A stretch of DNA of 64,000 nt from Ranitomeya imitator (taxonomy: Eukaryota), in NCBI RefSeq assembly GCF_032444005.1, contig NC_091291.1:14384001-14448000 (forward strand), written 5' to 3'. Below are positions 1 to 11,517 of this stretch, in pieces. The first letter of the stretch is position 1. Each line of letters opens with the position of its first letter. A model generated the notes under the pieces. That model was not told where the DNA came from. It was given only the letters and a program-made list of their open reading frames with translations, and did no database searches. The position numbers and the translations under genes are program-made.

Positions 1-171
1 AGAGCAAAAGAGGGTCTTTGTCCAGCTCTAGGAAGTAGATAGGGGTCCTGAACAGGGGGAATTTCTATTCATTCTGAATTCCCACCAACTAAGATATTTT
101 AGATATTTATACATTTCCTCTGTATAAATTACTCATCAGAATGACTTCTCACGACATGATGTGCTACTTAC

Positions 172-453
172 AGGCCAAGTTGAACGTCACGTTCCTGCTG
201 TTCAGGCGGTTTATTATGTTTGTAGCCGTACATATGAAGGATCCGCTGTCATCAGTGGAGACAGGGCTGATAATGAGCGTGGCGTTATTATCGGTGAGGA
301 TATATCGGCCTCCTCCGGATATCGCTGCCCCTTGTAGACTCCACGAGTAGCTGACATTTGTTCCATCAGCCGAACATCGTAGAGACACTGAATCTAATCC
401 AGGCCAGACAAGTCCCGATACATTACTTGTCACCGCGACATTAGAGACCTGGA
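172..453 (-). CDS. Gene C (Ig-superfamily receptor, CEACAM/VSIG10L-like) IgC exon 2; gene continues off the left edge
   Basis: AG acceptor at 455-454, GT donor at 171-170, 282 bp, phase 1/1. VQVSNVAV..LRC..SW..DSGSFIC has the canonical Ig Cys-Trp-Cys. About 97.5% identical to 40561-40842. Confidence 0.9.
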
Positions 454-1479
454 CTGAGATACAAAACACAAAGAAACATAAGAATTTAATGTATTATACT
501 ATATTTGACCTATATGATGCTTTATACTATGTATGAACATCCTCAAGAGTTTAGACACCTGATTCTAGGGATATTGATGTTCCAGCATGAAGAAGGATCC
601 AGCTCCATGAAATAAAAGCTTCTTCATTGGTGAATGGATTTCAGTTAGATGGTTATGACATGTTTTTACTCCCACTAAGTTACAAGACATATGTATAGTC
701 TATTACTGGGCGGTCTGAGACCGACCCGGCTGTCAACGCTTTTCTGCTGTTGGTTAAGGGTGAAAACACCAGAAAAGAGTAAACAGCCAGGTCGGTTTAA
801 GACCACCCAGTCATATACAATGCATATGTCTTATAACTTGGTTATGATGACACATTTTTAATCTCACTATCCAACTGAAATTCTTCACCGATAAAGAAGA
901 TTTTATTTTGTGGAGATGGATCTTCCTTATGGTGTTTCTGCAGACTCCAGGCAAAGACGTTTTTCCGTGCTCCGGAACTAATGGAACATAGATGGATGTG
1001 AGCTGGTCTTTCCAGGTCATACTGCAAACCCACCAGCACCCAAGCAATATTACTAAAAATAATCCATCCCAAACCCTTTTCCTTGTTGTAGGCCAACGTA
1101 GAAGACGCAGTTCAATTCGGTTGTCTAATAATCGTACAAACGTATACAACAAAGACATCCAAGTACAAACTTAATCGTTTAAGGATGGAGTAATTCTAGG
1201 AGGATTTTGATGTGGAAGAATGCAGAATCAGATTCCTCCTCCACGATCCTCGTTTATCAAGTATAAATCTGTACTGCCACTATACATATTGACTATAAAA
1301 ACTAGATTAAAAGTTTAAAGGGATTTTCTAGTTTTGGATTCTAAATTCCGCAGAGTAAAGAAATCTGTAATTTTGCAATATAATTAATTTATTAATTCAT
1401 CTCAATTTTCAAGATATCTGCTTGAAGAAAGTGAGAAGGAATCGGGCTTTACTACATCACCACTGTGAGTCCCCCGCCC

Positions 1480-1785
1480 TGCTCAGTTCTGCTAAATTAC
1501 CATAGCGAGTTTCCTAAAGTACTCAACTCTTTTCCCTGACTGGGCTCTATCCATTGTCACACTGATTATGCTTACCTACTCGATTCTGCTATTCCGCTGG
1601 AGTCTGCTACCTCGTCAGAGCAACCTTCCTGTCCTATTAAACTCTGCTATATCGCTGGGTTCTGCTACATCTTCATAGTGAGTTTCCAGACCTACTCAAC
1701 TCTGCTACGTCGCTGGATTCTGCTATATCCTCATTGTGAGTCTCCAGACCTACTCATTTCTGCTACATCGCTGTCCTCTGCTATG
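1480..1785. repeat. Degenerate 58-bp tandem repeat, about 5 units
   Basis: Units start at 1582, 1640, 1698, 1756 (aactctgcta..cgctgg..ctgcta..gagt.tccagacctactc). Confidence 0.75.
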
Positions 1786-1844
1786 CAACTTGCTATATTT
1801 TTGCGTAGAACTCCATAACATACAATGCTCAATCTCATCATTAA

Positions 1845-2109
1845 GGCTACGTTCACATTAGTGTTGTGCGGTGCTGCGTCGGGCGCAGCCGCAGCGAAGC
1901 ATGCATCATGCGCCCCTATATTTAACATGGGGGCGCATGGACATGCGTTGTGTTGCGTTTTGTGATGCATGCGTCTTTTTTGGCGCAAGCGTCAGGGCGC
2001 AGAGGACGCAGCAAGTTGCATTTTTTTTGTGTCCAAAAGCAAGACAAAAATGGACGCATGCATCACAAAATCCGACGCAACACACAACAACGCAAATGTG
2101 AACGTACCC
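1845..2109. mobile_element. MITE with terminal inverted repeats
   Basis: GGCTACGTTCACATT ... AATGTGAACGTACCC, flanked by TAA on both sides. Confidence 0.7.
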
Positions 2110-2572
2110 TAAGTCTGTTTTGTTCTATTTCGATTCTGCCTCATCAGTCTCCACATGTGAACTTCCAGCTCAATAGTGGACTACTACTCAACTCCTCCGG
2201 TTACCATAAAGAGTCCAAGAGGACTGCCCTCCTACAACAACTGCTGCATTATTACTGCTAACCTAGATCAAAGGATTTGAGGATCCACCTTACCCTAAGG
2301 GATATAATGTTTTTCTTAATAATATGTTATAGTTATTTCTTGCCTTTTACAAGAGGATAAATCTCCTTTCTGTATTTTAAATTCAGGGACGTACTATAAC
2401 AGGTTCAGGGGTTGAACTTGCACCCGAGTCCGGGAGCCTAGGGATTCCAAAGGTCCATTTGGTCCATATGAAAAGACCAATACTATTAAAGATTTGCAAT
2501 AATTGGGGTCCCCATTGGAGGTTTTGCATTGAGACCCATGAGCTTCACTGTTTACATTACATATATTCTTAC

Positions 2573-2848
2573 CGTTCACAATCAGAATCAGGGAGTTGCT
2601 GGTGTTGGAGCTGACAGGGTTTTCAATGGTGCAGGTGTAGGATCCGCCGTCACTCTCCAATATCGGGGCGAAGTCCAGAAATGATCCCCTGCAGATCACA
2701 CGTCCAGAGCAGGTAATCTTTTGACCATTTTGGTAGAAACTGTAAGATGTCACATTCTGGTTCCCGGCATCACACTGGAGGGTCACATTGGTGCCATTAA
2801 TAAGAGGAGTACTGGTAATGGAGCGGAGAGCAGGAGCACTGAGGGGAG
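2573..2848 (-). CDS. Gene C IgC exon 1
   Basis: Acceptor tttctttttcag, donor gtaag, 276 bp, phase 1/1. APLSAPALRS..VTLQC..DGGSYTC. Paralogous to 39149-39424 and 59529-59804. Confidence 0.9.
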
Positions 2849-3330
2849 CTGAAAAAGAAAAATAGTTACTTTTGTAAGGTTTTAATTATAAAAAAATATA
2901 ATAAAGATAAATGAAATAAAAGAATTGTTCTGTCTATACCTCAAATTCTTCAATGATATGCCCTTAGAACACTTAGCGAAACTTATTTTTAAATGTATAT
3001 ATATGATATCTGTAAATCAGAGTAAGGTGATGCAGTTAAAAGCAGCACTTTGTCAGGAGAAACACTAGCATCTGTCGATATAATCCATTCAATTACCAAA
3101 AAATGTGAAAAAATACCTTCAATCAAGCTCTTAATGACAATAAGGTCAACGGTTCAGAAACATCTTTATTTTTATTCTTATCTGCAAATCACTTTTTATA
3201 CAATCTGTAAACTATTATAATTAATTTGCAATATATTTACACAACTGCTTATAGGATTGTCTGCAGTAATCCCTGTCAGGGGTTTCAGCTCTCTGGTAAT
3301 CACATAAATACACATAGGCAAAGGGTTTTA

Positions 3331-3332
<2 letters not shown>

Positions 3333-3361
<29 letters not shown>

Positions 3362-5606
3362 TTTATTTATATAGCGCCAACATATTCCGCAGCGCTTTAC
3401 AAATTATAGAGGGGACTTGTACAGACAATAGACATTACAGCATAACAAAAATCACAGTTCAAAACAGATACCAGGAGGAGTGAGGGCCCTGCTGCTCGCA
3501 AGCTACAAACTATGAGGAAAAGGGGAGACACGAGAGGTGGATGGTAACAATTGCTTTAGTTATTCGGACCAGCCATAGTGTAAGGCTCGGGTGTTCATGT
3601 AAAGCTGCATGAACCAGTTACCTGCCTAAGTATGTAGCAGTACAGACACAGAGGGCTAATAACTGCATAAAGTGAATGAGAACATGATGGAGGAACCTGG
3701 TTATGGTTTTGTTTTGTTTTTTTATAAATAGGCCACACAGGGATCGTTAGGTTAATGCATTGAGGCGGTAGGCCAGTCTGAACAAGTGAGTTTTTAGGGT
3801 ACGCTTAAAACTGTGGGGATTGGGGATTAATCGTATTAACCTGGGTTTTACATTCCAAAGAATCGGCGCAGCACGTGTAAAGTCTTGGAGACGGGAGTGG
3901 GAGGTTCTGATTATTGAGGATGCCAGCCTGAGGTCATTAGCGGAGCGGAGGGCACGGGTAGGGTGGTAGACTGAGACCAGAGAGGAGATGTAAGGTGGTG
4001 CTGAGCCATGGAGTGCTTTGTGGATGAGGGTAGTAGTTTTGTACTGGATTCTGGAGTGGATGGGTAGCCAGTGTAATGACTGGCACAAAATAGAGGCATC
4101 GGTGTAATGGTTGGTGAGGAATATGATCCAGGCAGCAGCATTCAGGACAGATTGGAGCGGGGAGAGTTTTGTAAGAGGGAGGCCGATTAGTAGAGAGTTA
4201 CAATAGTCCAGACGAGAATGAATAAGTGAAACAGTAAGAGTTTTTGCAGAGTCGAAAGTAAGAAAAGGGCGAATTCTAGAAATGTTTTTGAGATGCAGGT
4301 AAGAAGAGCGAGCCAGTGATCGGTTGTGGGGGGTGAATGAAAGGTCAGAATCAAGGATGACCCCAAGGCAGCGGGCATGTTGCTTTGGAGTAATGGTGGA
4401 ACCGCACACGGAGATGGCAATGTCAGGCAAAGGTAGGTTAGTAGAGGGAGAGAACACGAGGAGTTCAGTTTTTGACAGGTTCAGTTTCAGATAGAGGGAG
4501 GACATGATGTTAGAGACAGCGGTAAGACAATCACTGGTGTTTTCTAAAAAGGTCGGCGTGATAACAGGAGAAGAAGTGTATAATTGGGTGTCGTCAGCAT
4601 AGAGATGGTACTGGAAGCCAAATCTACTGATTGTTTGTCCAATAGGGGCAGTATACAAAGAGAAGAGGAGGGGGCCTAGGACTGATCCTTGAGGAACCCC
4701 AACAGTAAGGGGAAGGTGAGAGGAGGAGGAACCAGCAAAACATACAGTGAAGGATCGGTCAGAGAGATAGGAGGAGAACCAGGAGAGAACGGTGTCCTTG
4801 AGGCCGATGGAGCGGAGCATAGTGAGGAGGAGCTGATGATCCACAGTATCGAATGCTGCGGAGAGATCCAAGAGAATTAGCATGGAGTAGTGACCATTAG
4901 ATTTAGCTGTTAGTAGGTCATTAGAGACTTTAGTGAGGGCAGTTTCAGTAGAGTGTAAAGAGCGGAAACCAGATTGAAGAGGGTCGAGAAGAGAGTTATC
5001 TGAGAGATAGCGGGTAAGACGGGAGTGGACCAGGCGTTCGAGGAGTTTAGAGATGAAGGGAAGATTAGAGACAGGTCTATAATTAGCGGCACAGTTTTGA
5101 TCGAGGGATGGTTTTTTAAGTAATGGATGTATGATGGCATGCTTAAATGAGGATGGAAAAATACCGTAAGTGAGAGAAATGTTGAATATTTTTGTTAGGT
5201 GAGAGGTGACAGCCGGGGAAAGGGACTGGAGGAGATGTGATGGAATGGGGTCACTGGTGCAAGTGGTCGGGCGAGAAGATGCAAGGAGCCTGATTACTTC
5301 TTCTGTAAATGGTTCAAAGTCAGAGAGTGAACTAGATGCAGTGGGGGAGGGAGGACAGTGCATGGTATGAAGAGATTGGGAGATGATTTCCTGTCGAATG
5401 TGGTCAATTTTTTCTTTGAAGTAATTGGCCAGATTGTCAGCACGGAGATCCGTGGTTGGGGCCTGCTCTCTTGGGTTGAGTAGGGACTGGAAAGTGTCAA
5501 AGAGACGTTTAGGGTTGTTGGACAGCGAGGTGATTAGGGTGTTGAAATAGGTTTGATTGGAGAGGTGAAGGGCAGAGTTGTATGTTTTTAGCATGAACTT
5601 ATAATG
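3333..5606 (-). mobile_element. 5'-truncated L2 (CR1-group) LINE in the intron between IgV and IgC1 of gene C
   Basis: RT ORF plus 3' UTR ending GGCGCTATATAAATAAAA(TTA)n tail at about 3333-3375. Confidence 0.88.
3747..5594 (-). CDS. L2 reverse transcriptase ORF2 (C-terminal part)
   Basis: [50 protein letters not shown] motifs. Confidence 0.9.
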   Translation of the reverse strand: MLKTYNSALHLSNQTYFNTLITSLSNNPKRLFDTFQSLLNPREQAPTTDLRADNLANYFKEKIDHIRQEIISQSLHTMHCPPSPTASSSLSDFEPFTEEVIRLLASSRPTTCTSDPIPSHLLQSLSPAVTSHLTKIFNISLTYGIFPSSFKHAIIHPLLKKPSLDQNCAANYRPVSNLPFISKLLERLVHSRLTRYLSDNSLLDPLQSGFRSLHSTETALTKVSNDLLTAKSNGHYSMLILLDLSAAFDTVDHQLLLTMLRSIGLKDTVLSWFSSYLSDRSFTVCFAGSSSSHLPLTVGVPQGSVLGPLLFSLYTAPIGQTISRFGFQYHLYADDTQLYTSSPVITPTFLENTSDCLTAVSNIMSSLYLKLNLSKTELLVFSPSTNLPLPDIAISVCGSTITPKQHARCLGVILDSDLSFTPHNRSLARSSYLHLKNISRIRPFLTFDSAKTLTVSLIHSRLDYCNSLLIGLPLTKLSPLQSVLNAAAWIIFLTNHYTDASILCQSLHWLPIHSRIQYKTTTLIHKALHGSAPPYISSLVSVYHPTRALRSANDLRLASSIIRTSHSRLQDFTRAAPILWNVKPRLIRLIPNPHSFKRTLKTHLFRLAYRLNALT

Positions 5607-6176
5607 TCCAAAATAAAATACAGTTTATTGTTCTTCATAAATGAAACATCCTTTCTTCCTCACAAATGAATAAGAATGCAGTCTCTTCTTTTGCTAAGGC
5701 AAAGTAAATCAAACGGTCGCACCAAGTTGGTGTCACAGGAACCTCTCGGGCTATAACACAGATGACAGTGGACACAAGCTCCATCTTTCTCCTACCTCAG
5801 CACAACTACCGCAGCTGGGCTAGTTCAGCTGCTTTTTATTAGGCCTCAAAAACGCAGACCGTAGTATGAGAGCAACCTTTCCCACTCAGGCTCTTTTGGT
5901 TTAAATTCCTGACCCAAAAATCCAGTCAACATAAAATCATCTTAGTAAACTTTTGTGACTGGTGCACCTCTCCCAGGACTTACATCACCAAGGCCAGCCA
6001 CCTCAATGACACACACCTGCCATCCAGGCCCCTACCTCCTGCTTTCTTACAATCTTTAACTGGGTTTACACTGCTAGACAACCCCTGCTTAATCAATTGA
6101 AGAACCCATAGAAAATAATAACAATGTATGCTCATCTCTTCAGTTGCGCCATTCCAGTGATCTTGGTGCTACTATT

Positions 6177-6328
6177 CCCGGTGTGTGACGTGACATCATT
6201 GTGTCATGTGACTGCTGCAGCCAATCAGCAAATGCTGCTGTGATGACATGGTAAAGGCTGCAGCCTGTTAGCAGATACTGATTGGCTGCAGCAGTCACGT
6301 AACAGCAACGTCACATCACACACCGGGA
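6177..6328. repeat. Hairpin (MITE-derived inverted repeat)
   Basis: cccggtgtgtgacgtgac..gtgactgctgcagccaatcag / ctgattggctgcagcagtcac..gtcacatcacacaccggg. Confidence 0.7.
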
Positions 6329-6832
6329 TCAGTAGAGCTATAAGAGAGACGCTGCAGGAGAAATGGAGCAGCTAAGGTCAGGTAAGATACCTGGAACAAG
6401 AATTCCATTATGGTCTCTCAAGTCTCAAAATGGACACACTGATGGCAAAACAGACACACGGACACACTGATGGCAAAACAGACACACGGACACACGGATG
6501 ACAAAGTGATGCACAACACTGATGACGCCGGTAACTTTTTTTTCAGTCATGTGTTTAAACACAGACGTGCGAATGAGGCCTTAAAATCACATGTTCAGGT
6601 GAAAACTGCAGATCCAATAGACGCTAAGCTTGTGTCTTTTATATGGCCCTTAAAATGAAAGAGCCCTTCCTTGGGGGTGGAGAGACATCTCTTTTGCTAC
6701 TTCTTGGTGAATACTTGAGGCTCCTCTCCACTGATTTACTGCTTTGATTATCAAAGAATGGAGGGCTCAGGGCACCACCACTAATATAACCAATCAAACA
6801 GTGTCCCGAATCTACCTCAACATGAAAAACCT

Positions 6833-7732
6833 CAACTGAACCACATAGAAAAAGACATGTTGCATTGGAGATCAACGGGACAGAATAAATTACCAAGTAT
6901 AAATATTTATTTAGAAAAAGATAAGCAAGCATAAACATTAAAAACAATTTGCGCATGCGTATTGCACTGGCAACAACGCTGCTGCCATTTCTGGCTTTCT
7001 TCCCGCAGCTGACACTGATCCTTTTATCATGTAAGTGTGTATATAAGAGATAAGGCTAGGGTAAGTAGGCACACCTGCCCCTGATGAAGCTACCTTGTAA
7101 GGCGACACGCGTAGGGAAACATAGCCCCACGGACTTTTTGGCACCCTGACTGACGGGACAGACTGGACTCTTAGCTCTACTATTGATGCCTCTACTAGGC
7201 TTGGGGAACCGCACACCTGACTGATATGCATGAGTATGGAGCTCCCTGTGATATGAATGCCCAGTGATCAGAATTGGTGTCTGATTATGCTCTCTTATGT
7301 AGCTTATTATAGCCTTTTTGGGAAGATGGCAATTCAGGGGGTATGATGATTCCATAAGTATTATAGGTGGGCAATTCCCTTTTGGTAATTTTGTTTATTA
7401 TGTCCTGTAGGTATTTGCTATGGTAGGGGCCCTCCTGTACCACAAATATTAAGTTTGTTTTTGAATAACTGTTTGGCAATTATTATTTGATCAACAATTT
7501 TTGGGAGTGGTTCTTTTTTCAATTCCCCAGCCTAGCCTTCTCAGGTGCCAAAGTACATCTCAGTCTGTGGGATATGTGTTTGTCTTCTGTCATTGTGGGT
7601 ATTTTTGTGCCTTTTAATTGTTTTTAATGTTTATGCTTGCTTACCTTTTTCTAAATAAATATTTATTCTTGGTAATTTATTCTGTCCCGTCGATCTCCAA
7701 CGCAACATGTCTTTTTCTATGTGGTTCAGTTG
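6833..7732 (+). mobile_element. Non-coding Penelope-like element fragment bounded by 117-bp inverted arms
   Basis: Arms 6833-6949 and 7616-7732 with 4 mismatches; internal TATATAA followed by a hammerhead-like motif at 7078-7116. Confidence 0.6.
7078..7116 (+). ncRNA. Minimal type I hammerhead ribozyme, core-mutated (GAAA to GACA)
   Basis: ccc-CUGAUGA-agc..ggc-GACA-cgcg-UA-ggg; palindromic stem III ACGCGU. Confidence 0.55.
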
Positions 7733-8828
7733 GATTTACTGCATTGTTCGCAAACAAGGAGGCAGGCAAATGACCAAAGGGTCAATGAAATTGTGTGTTG
7801 GGGGACGTAAACAGCAGACCCTGTGGGCTATTTCCATCTGGAAAAAAAGGACTCATTGTCCTGTATCTATGGCCTGATCGTTGGTCGCTGTCAAACACAA
7901 TGATATCGCTAGCCAGGACGCTGCAACGTCACGGATCGCTAGCGATATCATTCAGTGTGACGGTACCTTAGTGCCACTGGGAAAAAGAACCTCTAGAAGA
8001 CACTCAGCGAAACAAAACCTACATGATACGGCACCCAATGGCACGATTTTCAGAATGTCTCCTTATGAAATCGGAGGAACATGGAAGTTTTGGACGACTC
8101 AACAGTTGTTCCAACACGTGTATCTGGCATTATGTCCGGGGAGTTTAACATATCCTCACTGATAGTTTGCTGCCATGTATCAGTCTGGAGTCCATGATAA
8201 CAAACCACTTTAAGTGCATACTTATACTTTAATAATGCCCTAAATATAGTTATGTGCTACCATTTGCAGTCAGATTCTCATGTTATTAGCATGAGGCACA
8301 TACTGACACTGAATGGTAGTAGATCCCGCTGACATATTTTAGTTAGAGCATCGAAGAGCAATGAAAAAAGTATAAGAACAGGTTCAAAGCCACAAAAATA
8401 TGTAATATTAAATCATACTTTAGTCATTTTATAAGGTAATAACTCCAGGTATAAAAATATAGGCAAATAATTTAAAACAATATCTCAGATACAACTTTTT
8501 GTTATAAGTTTACAATAGTTTAGTCGTCATGATAAAACATATGGTGTAGTCTGAAACAGCATATAATAGACATTAGACATTCTGATTTCAACAACATCTA
8601 CATTGCCAGGACGCAGATATTGTTGAATTCACCGGTGGAGGACGGAGTCATCAGCTCTCTCCTCCGCCATTCAGCCTGTGTGTCTGAGACTTAGTGCAGG
8701 AGACGTGGTGATGTCACTAGATTGTGCCTGCTGCGGACAGCCTCAATCCATACATTACACAGACTGGAGTAGGTAGATTTTAACAAAAGATTTTCATCCA
8801 AAAAGGTTAGCGAAACATTATAACTTAC

Positions 8829-9119
8829 CATATACTCCGAGCTGGTAGCTTGTAGTGATAGGAGTAGAAGATTCTGGAGGTACTACAGACAGATCATAAA
8901 TCCCTTCATCAGTGTAGGAGACGTTGTTAATACTCAGGGATCCATTTTCATATAAATTACATCTTCCTACAAACGGATTCAAACAACGTAATGGAGACTG
9001 AATGTACACTGGTGCATTTTTATAATTCCATTGTACGTAGGATCCTACTGGAAAATTCACATTGAATAATACAAGTTTCCCAAGAGTTCCCGACACGTTG
9101 ATGACAGCGGCCACATTAC
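8829..9119 (-). CDS. Gene C N-terminal IgV-like exon (lacks canonical B/F cysteines)
   Basis: Acceptor ttcctatacag, donor gtaagt, 291 bp, phase 1/1. GNVAAVINVSGTLGK..VQW..GSLSINNVSYTDEGIY. Paralogous to the IgV exons of genes A and B. Confidence 0.9.
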
Positions 9120-10164
9120 CTGTATAGGAACATACACAGGACAATATTAGTAACATTTGTTATGTCTTTTTTTATATAATAAAATACATCATACTTGCTA
9201 ACTTTTATATCTTGGCATCAGGCAGGTTAACTACTTTGTGCGAGGAGATGCCACTCCTTCCGTTACATTGCCATGCCCCTTCCTCGCCTATTTCCTGTTC
9301 CTGGCTTTTTTCCCTTACAGTAACCATACATGATTTACATCCCGACAAACTAGTGATTGAATTTGTGACATGTGATATACATGTGCAACCAGTGTCGGAT
9401 TGAGGAGCCAAGGGTCCACCAGTAACCAATTCCTGGTCCTCACTTTTCATCTACATGTAAATGTGACATTATCCTCAATCACACATTTATATAACAATGA
9501 ACTGGGTAGATTGATAAATTAATAAGATGTCGCCTTTGTCTGTACATAGTGATTCAAGTATATAGTGCCAAGTACTGCTCATATCAGAGGGTGGTGTCCT
9601 ACTGCTGCACAGCGGCCCACCGGAGGATTCCCCTGTTCTCCTGTGGGCCAGTCCATGCCTGCGTACAACCAATAGTATCAACAGTATCTAAGACGTGAGA
9701 TGGAAGGACTCCTTCACCACCCCAACAAATCTGACTGCTGTGACAAGATTGGGGGCCACTGCTGGACTGTCATGGCGGAAGATGTTTAATTGAAGGTCCC
9801 TGTGTGGCACTCCTATGAAGCTATCATTGAAAAGTCTCCTTGAAGTACTAATGACAAATAAAAATATTTAGTATCATTACATCTGGAAATCTGGAAAAGT
9901 AAGGACTTTTAAAAAAAAATCCTACATATAGAAAAAAAAATACAGGATTGTGGTCACCTCGCCACTCAAAATAAAAAAAATGAAATTAAATGAAAAAGTA
10001 GTGCGTACCGCAAATGATACCAATAAAAACTACAGCTCTCTAAAACTACATTGATGGAAAAATATCACTTATGGCTTCAGAAAATGGTAATACAAACTAT
10101 GATTTTTTGTGGGGTTTTGTTGAAAGAGAACCTGTCATGTCCCCTAATGCTGTTAAGCTGCAAA

Positions 10165-11047
10165 TGTGGCACCCCTAGGGGTATTTGCCACAAAAATAGT
10201 TACTGACACTAAACACAAATATTAAGATAGCAAAACTGCACTACCACCTCCGGCCAGAAGGGGGAGCTCCAGAGACTCCCCTTGATCCATTCTGGTCTGA
10301 GAGAAGAAATGGCAGTTGGGCTAAGGAGCTGAAAGTGAGAGGTCATACAGTTGAATCTCTAACAGCCCTGTGACTGTTACCAGGCCTAAATCACCGGCCT
10401 GAGGAGAAGAGGGATAGAGAAAAAGGACATTGTGAGAACCGGGTAGCATTAATCACTACCCAGAACAGGCGCAAAGACGGATACCGGATCCGTGGCTGTA
10501 TTCATTATATATAATACAGCAACCGGAAAAACGTGAGGTGATATCAGCTTCACTAGGGTCGGACGCAGCAACAGACACAGAGTTCAGCGGTACTCCTGGA
10601 GAGGGTAAGCCGATAAAAGGACTCGGGTTGCCCGTCGAACCAGGACGGGACAGATTGGGCCGGCAGCCAGTTCACATACAGCAGCAGGGCCACACAGATA
10701 TTGCGTACAATAAGAGGCGAAGACCCCGGCAGGGTCAAAGTAACTCAGAGTTCCCATACAGACTCCGGTGACAGGACTGGTTGTAAATCCTTTTTTGTTA
10801 AAGTAAACTGGTTAAACGTTTCAGTGCCTCAGTCTTTCATTTGGACAATAGCCATCTATCCAGGATTGGGATCATCACCGCTGGGAGAACCTGCTGCTGA
10901 TCAAGTAAGTGCCTGTCCCCTCATGATACCCCTTACACTGTGCATTGCCTGAGGCCACAGCACCGGGTCAAGCCACCCGTGACACCCCCCTCAAGAGACA
11001 GACCCCATTGGTCCGGTGCTGGGTACCCCGGTCTCTTGGGCGTCACA
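10165..11047 (+). repeat. 5' LTR copy 1 (883 bp)
   Basis: TGTGGCA...CGTCACA; direct repeat of 17174-18063. Confidence 0.95.
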
Positions 11048-11049
11048 AT

Positions 11050-11067
11050 TGGCGTCACGAACAGGAT
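11050..11067 (+). promoter_or_regulatory. Primer-binding site TGGCGTCACGAACAGGAT (tRNA-Ser(CGA)-like)
   Basis: 2 nt after the 5' LTR. The reverse complement ATCCTGTTCGTGACGCCA matches the 3' end of a vertebrate tRNA-Ser(CGA) as I recall it. Confidence 0.75.
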
Positions 11068-11517
11068 CTAGCCAGCCCGTATACCGGGTATTGTGTGCCG
11101 TGATTGGAGCCCAAAACTGTGAAAACTTGGATGAAAAATCTTGAAAATTGACCTTATTAAAGAAAAATCCATTCTCCATTGAAAACTATTGAAAGTGACT
11201 TTTCCCCATTGGTTATAATGGAGTAAAGATGGCCGCCATCCCCTGAGGTAATCACTTCATAACCGTTAGGCACGAGACTGTTAATTGAGCTACGCCATCA
11301 CCTGAGCCCCAGTCTAACTGAAAAACTTCAGAATCCGCCATTACAGAGCGCGGTGGGTGGGAGCAGCAGGGGGCGTGTCATTGTGGGCGGCACCAAGCTG
11401 AGCGCTCTGACATCAGAGCAAGGGGAAAATCGATCCTGCTGCACAGCGGAACGAATCTACACTATCCCGACGGAAGCGGAGGACCGGAAGGGTCCGGATT
11501 AACTAAGGGGGCACAGT

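Noticed and set aside
1480-1785. Tandem repeats (58-bp here, 40-bp at about 21100) as CRISPR-like arrays
   Set aside because: Eukaryotic context, units are contiguous without unique spacers, and no cas genes.
2118-2153. Minus-strand CUGAUGA-g..c-GAAA resembling a hammerhead core
   Set aside because: No stem III/UH triplet or complementary stem I strand follows, even when the adjacent MITE is skipped.
9195-9260. Donor-like site near the gene C IgV exon as a leader exon
   Set aside because: No ATG with an open hydrophobic frame reaches it; 20074-20125 fits better.
10538-11179. Short ORFs repeated four times (also near 17548, 30052, 37067)
   Set aside because: They lie inside the LTRs/leader; recurrence reflects LTR identity, and no protein motif is recognisable.
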